Positions 1 to 7,695 of a DNA stretch of 27,816 nucleotides are shown here, in pieces (position 1 is the stretch's first letter; each line of letters begins with the position of its first letter). The notes under the pieces are model-generated. The model worked only from the letters and a program-made list of their open reading frames with translations. It had not been told where the DNA came from and did no database searches. Position numbers and translations under genes: made by a program. Source of the stretch: Candidatus Manganitrophaceae bacterium (GTDB lineage Bacteria > Nitrospirota > Nitrospiria > SBBL01 > Manganitrophaceae); the NCBI GenBank assembly GCA_035293225.1, contig DATDON010000178.1:1-27816 (forward strand), read 5' to 3'.

Positions 1-122
1 AACGCATACTGCCGGGTGTAGGAAGGGGAGATTACGGCGTTGTCCCGCTCGACCCATTTACGGGCTTGCGCCCCCGGAACGGCGGTTTTCAAAGCGGGCG
101 CTTTCAACTTCTTCTTTTTCAT
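1..122 (-). CDS. Class-III PLP aminotransferase (4-aminobutyrate/acetylornithine aminotransferase family), N-terminal fragment; runs off the window edge
   Basis: Not in the ORF track. ATG at 122 with AAGGA upstream. Translation MKKKKLKAPALKTAVPGAQARKWVERDNAVISPSYTRQYA matches the typical N-terminus of this family (P-G-x3-(R/K)-x3-RD-x4-SPSYTR). Only 40 codons are visible. Confidence 0.7.
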   Translation of the reverse strand, partial: MKKKKLKAPALKTAVPGAQARKWVERDNAVISPSYTRQYA

Positions 123-165
123 AAAAAATCCTTCGGACTGAATGAAACAGGGCGCGCCGCCCCTC

Positions 166-1086
166 TTACAAAAGCCGGAAGCGCTGGCCCTGAAGTTTTC
201 TCCGGTGAACGAGACCGAAAATCTCGGTGATGATCCGGAGCGCCGCAAAACTGGTGATATCGGAAACGTCTAGCGGCGGCGCCACCTCGACCAGATCGGC
301 GCCGACGAGCGGCAAGGGATGAAGGCGCCGGATCAAGGTCATGACATCCCGCGTGGAAAGCCCCCCCGCGTCCGGAATGCCGGTTCCGGGGGCGAAGGCG
401 GGATCGAGGGCGTCGATGTCGATCGAAAGATAGATGTTCTGAAGATGGCTGAGGCGTTTCACGATCTCATCGGCGACGGCGAGCGCCCCCCGATCCGCGA
501 TTTCATAGGCCGGGAACATCTTGATCTCATTTTCCTGAATGAATCGAAGCCCGGCGACCTCAAAACAGCGGGTCCCGACCAAGACGGTATTCTCCGGAGA
601 GAACTTTCCCTCTTCCATCGTCCGCCGCAAAGGGCAGGCGTGCGAATAAGGAGAGCCGTCGAAGCTGTCGGACAAATCGGTATGGGCGTCGACAAAGATC
701 AATCCGATTTCTTCGCTCGCGCTCATGCTGAGGGCGCGGTGGACCGGGATCGCGACCGAATGGTCCCCTCCCAACGTCAGGACAAAAGAAAAGGCGGCCC
801 GCGCCGCGATCTCCTTTTCAATCATCGGGAAAGAGGCGACGAAATCTTTTCCGAACCGAAGATTGCCGTCGTCTCGAACCACCAGCTCCTTTAAGATCTC
901 CCCCGTCTCGACCACCGGAGGAATTTCGGCCGAAATCGATCGGATTCGGTCGGGCCCTTTCGCCGCGCCGGCCCGGTAACAGACCGCCCCGTCGTACGGG
1001 ATGCCGACGATCGTGATGTCGGGGGCGGCGGCGTCCGGTCGGTTGAGACCCGCCCACAATCTATTTTTTTGAAGCCCCTTTCTCAT
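166..1086 (-). CDS. speB: Agmatinase / ureohydrolase (arginase family, binuclear Mn enzyme)
   Basis: Motifs GIPYDG..YRAGAAKGP, LGGDHS, DAHTD, SIDIDALDPAFAPGTG, GGLS and VEVAP. Substrate is assigned by family resemblance only. Confidence 0.82.
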   Translation of the reverse strand: MRKGLQKNRLWAGLNRPDAAAPDITIVGIPYDGAVCYRAGAAKGPDRIRSISAEIPPVVETGEILKELVVRDDGNLRFGKDFVASFPMIEKEIAARAAFSFVLTLGGDHSVAIPVHRALSMSASEEIGLIFVDAHTDLSDSFDGSPYSHACPLRRTMEEGKFSPENTVLVGTRCFEVAGLRFIQENEIKMFPAYEIADRGALAVADEIVKRLSHLQNIYLSIDIDALDPAFAPGTGIPDAGGLSTRDVMTLIRRLHPLPLVGADLVEVAPPLDVSDITSFAALRIITEIFGLVHRRKLQGQRFRLL

Positions 1087-1102
1087 CTTTCGAATCGGCC
1101 CC

Positions 1103-1318
1103 TTATTTCTTCTTGAGCCCGCTGATCAGTTTTTTTCGGAGGGGGAGATCTTCTCCCAATCTTTTCACCTTGGGCCAAATGTCGCCGCAATTTTTATAAA
1201 CCACTTCCACGATCCGATGGAACTTTTGATCGATCCCTTTTTTATTTTCCGGGGACGGTTTCACTCCCGCTTCATCGAAGATGCCCTTTACCTCTTTGTT
1301 TCTAAAATAACAAGACAC
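1103..1318 (-). CDS. Small hypothetical protein (71 aa) with MSCYF and YKNC..W motifs
   Basis: GTG start with a G-rich RBS. Fills the gap inside the operon and ends 16 nt before the agmatinase start. Confidence 0.7.
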   Translation of the reverse strand: MSCYFRNKEVKGIFDEAGVKPSPENKKGIDQKFHRIVEVVYKNCGDIWPKVKRLGEDLPLRKKLISGLKKK

Positions 1319-1350
1319 CCCATCCCCCTTTTTTAAAGTTTACCACGTTA

Positions 1351-1605
1351 TCAAAAAATTCCAAATCCCCGCCTTCCGATCGAAAAGGCGTCCACGGCCG
1401 AGACGATAAAAAAAACGATATTGAGAAGGATTCCTTTCGGTGTGTAATCCGAAATCATGTAAAAAAAGACGGACGGCGCCAAAAAACCGACGCCTCGGAT
1501 ATAGCGACGAAGGAAAAGATGTCCCAGGCCCGCAAAAAACAACGAGAGGAGAGCGGCGACCACCGCTCGCCAGACCGGCCTCGGCTCAGCCCGGTTGTCT
1601 GCCAT
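1351..1605 (-). CDS. Small membrane protein (about 84 aa, 2-3 TM; AALLSLFFAGLGHLF motif)
   Basis: Start reassigned to ATG 1605 (MADNRAEP; GAAGGGA RBS), overlapping the last 20 nt of the dehydrogenase gene. Contains hydrophobic segments. Confidence 0.7.
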   Translation of the reverse strand: MADNRAEPRPVWRAVVAALLSLFFAGLGHLFLRRYIRGVGFLAPSVFFYMISDYTPKGILLNIVFFIVSAVDAFSIGRRGFGIF

Positions 1606-2647
1606 GGTTTCCCTTCTCAAGCCGTTCCCGCGCCAACCGGTCGGCCGCTTCGGAAGTGGAAATCGATTCTTTTTTAGCAAGGGCGAAAACGGCTTTCAGC
1701 CGATCATAGATTCGCTCTATTTTTTGAGTCGCCCGCTCTTTAGAGTAGCCGGTCAGCTCATCGGAAATATTGATCAGTCCGCCCGCGTTGATGACATAGT
1801 CGGGGGCGTATAAAATCTTCCGCTCTTCCAAGAGGAGGGCGGCTTGGGGGGTCTCCAATTGATTATTGGCGGAGCCGGCGACGATCGGGCAGGAAAGCCG
1901 CGGGATCGTCCTCTCATTTAAGGACCCTCCCAAAGCGCAGGGGGCGTAAATATCGCATTCCACCCGATAAATCTCATGCCCTAAAAGGGGATCGGCGCTA
2001 AAGGCGCGGGTCCCCATCGCCACCCGCTCCGGGTCCATATCGGAGATATAGAGTTTGGCGCCCGCCTGATGGAGCAGTTCCGCCAAGGCGTACCCGACTT
2101 TCCCCATCCCCTGAATCGCTACCTTCTTCCCTTGAAAAGAGCCGCTCCCGAAAACTTCCTCGAGACAGGCGCGCATTCCGCAAAAAACCCCGTAGGCGGT
2201 CGCGGGTGATGGATCGCCGCTCCCCCCTTGCTCCAGGGGAAATCCGGCGACATACGGGGTGACTTGTCGCATCCGTTCGATGTCGGAAAGGCTGATCCCC
2301 ACATCCTCCGCGACAACATACCGCCCTCCCAGCGAGCCGACGTATTTTGCGAAGGCGCTCAACTTTTTTTCCGTTTTGTCTTTCCGGGGGTCTCCCCAAA
2401 TAATACTCTTCCCTCCCCCCAACGAAAGTCCGCTGATGGCCGCCTTGTAGGTCATCGCCTTGGAGAGGCGGAGAACATCGGAAAGGGCCGCATCGAAGGT
2501 CGGGTACGGCCACATACGGCATCCTCCCAGGGCCGGCCCCAATCGCGTACTGTGAATGGCGATAATCGCCTGGAGACCGGACGGAGCGTCGGAGCAGAAG
2601 AGGACCTGCTCATGCCCCTCGATTTTCATCCGTTCGAATAGATCCAT
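1586..2647 (-). CDS. ldh: Glu/Leu/Phe/Val dehydrogenase, leucine-dehydrogenase type
   Basis: GPALGGCRM, MTYK, GGGKS, AEDVG, GDPSPATAYGV, GMGKVG, PCALG, GSANNQL and YAPDYVINAGGLI. Start reassigned to MDLFERM (ATG 2647). Confidence 0.85.
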   Translation of the reverse strand: MDLFERMKIEGHEQVLFCSDAPSGLQAIIAIHSTRLGPALGGCRMWPYPTFDAALSDVLRLSKAMTYKAAISGLSLGGGKSIIWGDPRKDKTEKKLSAFAKYVGSLGGRYVVAEDVGISLSDIERMRQVTPYVAGFPLEQGGSGDPSPATAYGVFCGMRACLEEVFGSGSFQGKKVAIQGMGKVGYALAELLHQAGAKLYISDMDPERVAMGTRAFSADPLLGHEIYRVECDIYAPCALGGSLNERTIPRLSCPIVAGSANNQLETPQAALLLEERKILYAPDYVINAGGLINISDELTGYSKERATQKIERIYDRLKAVFALAKKESISTSEAADRLARERLEKGNHGRQPG

Positions 2648-2660
2648 CCGTTTTTTTCCT

Positions 2661-2722
2661 GTAAGGGAGCGCCGATGCGCGCCCCATTGAAGGGAGCAGG
2701 CACACACCGATCCGCCCCCTAC
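2661..2722. repeat. Degenerate GTAG-type REP-like inverted doublet
   Basis: Begins GTAAGGGAGCGCC..GCGCGCCCC and ends GGGAGCAGGCACACACCGATCCGCCCCCTAC: two GC-rich imperfect palindromes head-to-head with GTA(A/G)GGG...CCCCTAC ends. Only one clear copy in the window. Confidence 0.4.
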
Positions 2723-2731
2723 GTTTGACGT

Positions 2732-4006
2732 TTACGGATACAATCCCCGGGCCAGGTGCGCCTTGGCGATCCGTTCAATCCCGCTGATCAACGCCGCCAT
2801 CCGCATATCGATTTTATCCGAAAGCGACCGGGCCAGAACTTGTGAGAACGACCCCGTGATGATCTCCGCCAGACGGTCATGGATCTCTTTTTCTTTCCAG
2901 AAATAGTTTTGAAGGTCCTGGACCCATTCGAAGTAGGAGACGATCACCCCTCCCGCGTTCGCGAGGATATCGGGAATGACAAAGACGCCGCGATCCCGCA
3001 AGATCGCGTCGGCTTCCAGCTCCGTCGGCCCGTTCGCCCCTTCCGCCAAGATCCGGCATTGGAGACGGTCCGCGTTTTTAAGGTGAATCGCTCCCGACAA
3101 CGCGGCCGGGATCAGGACCGTGCAGGGGAGTTCCAAGAGTCGATCCGCCGGAACCCCTTCCGCTCCCGGAAAACCGACCACCGTTTTGTTCTCCTCTTTA
3201 TGGGCGAAAAGACGGCCGAGATCGAGCCCCTTCGGGTGATAGACCCCCCCTTTGGAATCGGACACCCCCACGACCCGAATCCCATGCCCGGACAACATCC
3301 TGGCGGCGTTTTTCCCGACATTCCCAAACCCTTGGATGATGGCGGCGCTTTCCGAAACCGGAATGCGCAGATGGCGCATCGCCTCCAAAATAGTCACAAA
3401 GAGCCCGCGGCCGGTCGCCTCTTCCCGTCCCAAAGAGCCGCCGATACTGATCGGCTTTCCGGTGACGACCCCCGGGACGGCGTAGCCGACCTGCTGGCTG
3501 TAGGTGTCCATCATCCAGGCCATGATCTGCTCGTTCGTTCCGACGTCCGGCGCCGGAATATCCTTATCGGGGCCGATCATCGGGAATATCTCGGCGGTAT
3601 AACGCCGCGTCAGCCGTTGCAATTCATTGCGGGAAAGGGACTTTGGATCGCACCGGATCCCCCCTTTCGCCCCGCCGTAGGGAAGTTGGACCAGGGCGCA
3701 TTTCCAGGCCATTCGCATCGCGAGGGCCGAGACCTCTCCCAAGTTGACGCCGGGATGGTAGCGGATTCCCCCCTTGAACGGGCCGAGGGCGGAGTCGTGT
3801 TGAACGCGATAGCCCCGGAAAACCTGGACCCGGCCGTCGTCGCGTCGGATCGGGACGCTGACGATAAGGGCCCGCTCGGGGGTCTTGAACCGCTCGCGGA
3901 GATTCGGATCGAGACGCATCAGCTCCGCGGCGCGTTCAAGCTGCCCCAGGGCCAAACGGTACTCCGATTGGTCAAACTCGTCCAGTTCGTCGGGTCGATT
4001 TTCCAA
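2732..4006 (-). CDS. gdhA: NAD(P)-dependent glutamate dehydrogenase
   Basis: TTG start. Motifs GPFKGGIRY, MAWK, GGAKGG, DIPAPD, GKP..GGS.GR.EATGRG, QGFGNVG, EGANGP and NAGGVIVSYFEW; substrate-binding Lys and Ser are intact. Confidence 0.9.
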   Translation of the reverse strand: MENRPDELDEFDQSEYRLALGQLERAAELMRLDPNLRERFKTPERALIVSVPIRRDDGRVQVFRGYRVQHDSALGPFKGGIRYHPGVNLGEVSALAMRMAWKCALVQLPYGGAKGGIRCDPKSLSRNELQRLTRRYTAEIFPMIGPDKDIPAPDVGTNEQIMAWMMDTYSQQVGYAVPGVVTGKPISIGGSLGREEATGRGLFVTILEAMRHLRIPVSESAAIIQGFGNVGKNAARMLSGHGIRVVGVSDSKGGVYHPKGLDLGRLFAHKEENKTVVGFPGAEGVPADRLLELPCTVLIPAALSGAIHLKNADRLQCRILAEGANGPTELEADAILRDRGVFVIPDILANAGGVIVSYFEWVQDLQNYFWKEKEIHDRLAEIITGSFSQVLARSLSDKIDMRMAALISGIERIAKAHLARGLYP

Positions 4007-4071
4007 TGTCGTCCTCTTCTGAGTCTAAGACTCCCTCCCTCCGTCGGAAGGGGCGGTATACCCCCGCGATC

Positions 4072-5067
4072 TCATTTCGCCGACGGCGCGGAAGCGTTTT
4101 CGATTTCAAATTGTATCGCGGCATGACCGATTTTAAAACGTTGACAGAGAAGGAAATTGATCGTTCTCAAAATATGCGCCGTCTCCTTTAGAGGCATGTC
4201 CTGCACCGCGACATGGGCCGACAGGGCGTACATCCCGGAGGTGAGCGTCCAAACATGAACGTCGTGCACGTCCCGCACCTCTTTAATCACCTTCACCGCC
4301 TCGATCACCCGCTCCGGGTCGATTTCCTTCGGCGTCGCTTCCAATAAGATATCGACCGAGTCGATCATGAGCCGAAACGCCCAAAAGAGAATAAAAAAAG
4401 ACAAAAGCGCCCCGACGAGGGGGTCCAAAAACCACCATTGCGTAAAATAAATCACCCCCGCGGCGGCCACGACCCCTACCGATGAGAGGGTGTCTCCCAT
4501 CAGATGCAGAAAGGCCGACCGGAGATTGATGCTCCGCCGCGTCGTCCCGCTTAAGAGGAACGCCGCGCCCAAATTGGCGGCCAATCCGATCAGGGCGATC
4601 ACCATCATCTCAAAGGAGGCGACCGGCTGGGGGGCGTAAAATCGGTGATACGCTTGGTAGAAAATCCAAAAGGTGACCAGAAGGAGAAGAAAGCCGTTTA
4701 AAAGGGCCGCTAAAATTTCAAGCCGGTAAAACCCGAACGTCTTTTTTGAGGTCGGCGGCTTCAGTGAAAAGACCAGCGCCAAATAACTGATCAACAACGC
4801 AAGGAGATGGGACAACATATGGCCGGCGTCCGATATCAGCGCCAAGCTGTTCGACCAGATCCCCCCGACCACTTCCAGGAGCATGACGGCGCCGGTCAAT
4901 ATAATCGCCCCGACTAATTTCCTTCGCTCCTCCGAACGGACGGATAAGGACGAAGGGGGAACCATCGCCTCGTGGGGATGATCCACATCAAAACCGCAGG
5001 TATGCTCATGGAGATGATAGATTTCCTTCTCCCCATGATGACTGTGATTATTATGGCGCCCGCTCAT
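4072..5067 (-). CDS. Cation diffusion facilitator (CzcD/ZitB-like) with His-rich N-terminus
   Basis: SNSLALISDAGHMLSH, FGFYRLEILAALLN, NLRSAFLHLMGD, DPL and the C-terminal HDVHVW...HV metal-binding domain. N-terminus RHNNHSHHG..HLHEHTC...DHPH. Confidence 0.9.
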   Translation of the reverse strand: MSGRHNNHSHHGEKEIYHLHEHTCGFDVDHPHEAMVPPSSLSVRSEERRKLVGAIILTGAVMLLEVVGGIWSNSLALISDAGHMLSHLLALLISYLALVFSLKPPTSKKTFGFYRLEILAALLNGFLLLLVTFWIFYQAYHRFYAPQPVASFEMMVIALIGLAANLGAAFLLSGTTRRSINLRSAFLHLMGDTLSSVGVVAAAGVIYFTQWWFLDPLVGALLSFFILFWAFRLMIDSVDILLEATPKEIDPERVIEAVKVIKEVRDVHDVHVWTLTSGMYALSAHVAVQDMPLKETAHILRTINFLLCQRFKIGHAAIQFEIENASAPSAK

Positions 5068-5085
5068 CCCCCACCTCTTTGTAAA

Positions 5086-5286
5086 TTATTTCCAGAGTCC
5101 TTTTAAACCTTTCCATGAAAAATAAAGGATTCCTAAAACCAAAAAATAAATGACGACCAAAGATATCTTAGGCCGGATCGGATAGAGGGTCAAGGCGACG
5201 TAAATAAGGAGGCCGAGTAAAAATTGCGCGACGAGAAGGCTCCCCCCTCCCTTTCCCCTTTTCGACGCCGGCTTCGATTCAGTCAT
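5086..5286 (-). CDS. Small membrane protein (66 aa, 2 TM hairpin)
   Basis: ATG with GGAG RBS; two hydrophobic segments; stops 18 nt before the CDF start. Confidence 0.62.
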   Translation of the reverse strand: MTESKPASKRGKGGGSLLVAQFLLGLLIYVALTLYPIRPKISLVVIYFLVLGILYFSWKGLKGLWK

Positions 5287-5545
5287 GATTCGACTCCATA
5301 CTATATCATACGGTCCGAGAAAACCAAATATCTCCTCCCGGCGAGCCGGACGGCGGGGAGACCGGCGTGTTTATCCGCTTCACAATCCTCACGGGATAAA
5401 TCATCTTTATGATCCGGCCTAGGCGCATATGGCGTTGAAACAGGTTTTTTGAGGATGGAAATAGAAAAGCGGCGGCGCCTCTTTGAGATAACAATAGGCG
5501 CGAGGAAAATTGCGAAGAAGTCATCTGATGAAACGGTGTCGTTGT

Positions 5546-5905
5546 TTAAGGGATCTCCTCGATTCCTTTATCCGGCTTTGATTCTTGTTTTTGGGTCATC
5601 TCTTCAAACGATTTCATAAGACTGTCGTGTTTTTGGATCATATCTTCGACCTCCCCGACCATGTCGGCCAGTTTCTTTTTCATCGCCTTTCGACCGGAAA
5701 CGGAGAGTTTCCCTTCCATAATCTTTTGAGTGGCGTCTACATTGTCTTTCATGACATTCAACATTTGATGCAGGAGGCGATGGTGTTCCCTTAAGACTTG
5801 ACTTCTGCTGATGGTCTCTTCCGCGTAAACCTTCCCAACCCCCTTCGCAAAAAATACGAAAACAACAGTTAAAAGAATAAGGCTCGCTCCGAACTTCAAA
5901 ATCAT
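5546..5905 (-). CDS. Exported helical His/Met-rich protein
   Basis: Signal peptide ending VYA. Mature part has 4 His and 8 Met in about 91 aa with a helical pattern. ATGA overlap with the upstream DUF507 gene. Confidence 0.75.
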   Translation of the reverse strand: MILKFGASLILLTVVFVFFAKGVGKVYAEETISRSQVLREHHRLLHQMLNVMKDNVDATQKIMEGKLSVSGRKAMKKKLADMVGEVEDMIQKHDSLMKSFEEMTQKQESKPDKGIEEIP

Positions 5906-6177
5906 TTTCTCCTTTTTTTCATTTCCTCATTAAATGTCTTTTGGTAAAGGATATCCCATTCAGGACTTCCTTCGACGATCTTTCTTGAATAAGAAGCCAA
6001 TTTCGCCCGGACCATCTCATCGAGCTGTTCGTCTTGCTTCATCTCTGAAAAAAAAATCCGCTTAATGCCCCGAAGAAGCTCCGGCTGGGAAGCCTTCCGT
6101 TCGACGTCCGGATCCTTTTCCAAACCCTGTAGAATGAGGTGGGAGAGGTGGTTGATTTTATCTTCGCTCAAGATCAT
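5902..6177 (-). CDS. DUF507 family protein
   Basis: Start reassigned to MILSEDKINHLSHLIL (ATG 6177). C-terminal EGSPEWDILYQK..NEEM is typical of this family as I recall it. Confidence 0.72.
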   Translation of the reverse strand: MILSEDKINHLSHLILQGLEKDPDVERKASQPELLRGIKRIFFSEMKQDEQLDEMVRAKLASYSRKIVEGSPEWDILYQKTFNEEMKKRRK

Positions 6178-6221
6178 GGAGTCCGATCCATTGCCCGAAC
6201 ACACCCCGTAAGAAATGCAGA

Positions 6222-6503
6222 TTAGAGAACCAGGTCCCGCTCTTTCACCAACTGCTTTTTGATCATTTGAAACATTTTCTGATAATCGACCTCGCCCTTT
6301 TCCATCTCTCGCTCGTAGCCTTTCAAGATTTCCTTCACTTCCGCGTTCAGACGATCCTCCACCTGCAAGTCGTCCAGAATAATCTTTTCTATTTTCGGCG
6401 CCAACGCTTCCTTTTTAGATCGCAGGCCAATAAGCCCTTCATGAAGGAGCGTTTCGGAAATGGTTTTTGAAAGGGCGGCGACCCGTTCTTTCGGAAGTCT
6501 CAT
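6222..6503 (-). CDS. DUF507 family protein
   Basis: Start reassigned to MRLPKERVAALSK (ATG 6503). Contains EDRLNAEVKEIL..YE.E...VDYQKMFQMIKKQL; tandem with its paralogue. Confidence 0.72.
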   Translation of the reverse strand: MRLPKERVAALSKTISETLLHEGLIGLRSKKEALAPKIEKIILDDLQVEDRLNAEVKEILKGYEREMEKGEVDYQKMFQMIKKQLVKERDLVL

Positions 6504-6605
6504 GCCCGGTAGAATAACAGAAGGCGGAAAGGGTGTCAATAAAGAGGGCCGCGCGCACGGGGTGAGCCGATGAGAAGATGGAAAACATTCTGGAGAAAAG
6601 GCCGC

Positions 6606-7028
6606 CTATGACTTTTCTCGAATAATCACTTCGGCGTCGATAAAAAACTCAAAGGGCCGGCCGGCCTGTCTTCCTTCCTTATGGTAGACCCCCTGGACGA
6701 GAACGTTATGTCCCTGGCGCACCGCCGGGGGGGTCAAACTGATGACCTTAATCGTTGAAGTGGGATCGATCGTGTTTGATCCCTCTTCTTCAAGGACCAG
6801 GATCACATATTCGCTTCCGCGTCGGCCGACTTGACCTTCAATCGATTGAACACGGCCGGTCACCACCACACGGCGCCCGTCGTACTCGCCCGACTCCGTC
6901 AACAGATCATTTAGCGTCACAAGCATCGGAAGCTCTTTGGAAGGCCCTTTTGCCTCCCCCCTCTCCCCGTTTGAAAGCATTAAAACCGCCGTCACGATCA
7001 ACAAGGTGAGAATTTTTTTCGAATACAT
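6606..7028 (-). CDS. Exported OB-fold-like protein
   Basis: Signal peptide (MYSKKILTLLIV..; alternative ATG at 7046). Strand pattern Y-DGRRVVVTGRV...ILVL...GHNVLVQGVY is typical of OB folds. Fold assigned by pattern only. Confidence 0.65.
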   Translation of the reverse strand: MYSKKILTLLIVTAVLMLSNGERGEAKGPSKELPMLVTLNDLLTESGEYDGRRVVVTGRVQSIEGQVGRRGSEYVILVLEEEGSNTIDPTSTIKVISLTPPAVRQGHNVLVQGVYHKEGRQAGRPFEFFIDAEVIIREKS

Positions 7029-7082
7029 ATGAATTTGCCTCTTCATTACAACGACCCTTTTAAATGGATCGGTCTTCTGATA

Positions 7083-7103
7083 TAATCCGCCTTAATCGGA
7101 TTA
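7083..7103. promoter_or_regulatory. Inverted repeat TAATCCG-N7-CGGATTA in a divergent promoter region
   Basis: Perfect 7-bp arms overlapping a TATAAT hexamer (7081-7086) in an AT-rich 100-bp divergent spacer. Confidence 0.4.
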
Positions 7104-7145
7104 AACATCTTACATATATATTATACAATATTTTAGGAGGTTTTA

Positions 7146-7691
7146 ATGAAGACTCGGTATATTTCCCCGCTCCTTTTAGCCGCCTTAATTCAGTTTTTCG
7201 CCTTAAGTATATACCGGATCGGGCATGTGGCCGAACCGGGGATAGAAACAGAAGCGTCGGAAGAGCGGGAAGTGAATAAAAAAATTTTAGTGGAGCTATT
7301 CCTGGCGGCTGAACGTAAAAAAGATACCGATTCCATCAAGAAGGAATTTGAAGCCCTCTCCGTTATCCGGGTCCGGCCTCAATTCTTCCGTCTCGGAAAT
7401 CCACCCGAAAACATCGCGATCGGAAAGAATGTTCCCGCGCCGGTCGCGCGCCTTGCGATTCAGATCGCATTGACCTACAACCGCGGAGTCAAGTATCTTC
7501 TTCCGGAGTTTCGGTACTTTCCTGAGCACATCGTCATCGGCTCATCCGCTTTCGACGAAGCGTCCCAGGTCCCGATTACCCCCGGAGACCTGGATAGGCT
7601 ATCCGATCCCTCCCTGTCAACGGAGGAGTTTCATACCCTTTACCGGCAGCTAACCGGAGAGGATAAACGCCTCCCCACATATCTGGATTGA
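7146..7691 (+). CDS. Exported/membrane-anchored protein of unknown family (paralogue of 15339-15899)
   Basis: AGGAGG RBS and hydrophobic N-terminus. Shares PP.N..IGK.V...ARLAI..A..YNRG and DL.RLSDP.LST..F..LYR.L with the 186-aa ORF. Confidence 0.8.
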   Translation: MKTRYISPLLLAALIQFFALSIYRIGHVAEPGIETEASEEREVNKKILVELFLAAERKKDTDSIKKEFEALSVIRVRPQFFRLGNPPENIAIGKNVPAPVARLAIQIALTYNRGVKYLLPEFRYFPEHIVIGSSAFDEASQVPITPGDLDRLSDPSLSTEEFHTLYRQLTGEDKRLPTYLD

Positions 7692-7695
7692 ATCC

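Noticed and set aside
5306-5524. 72-aa ORF and other short frames in the 5287-5545 gap
   Set aside because: No RBS and no recognisable composition or motif; more likely promoter or UTR sequence.
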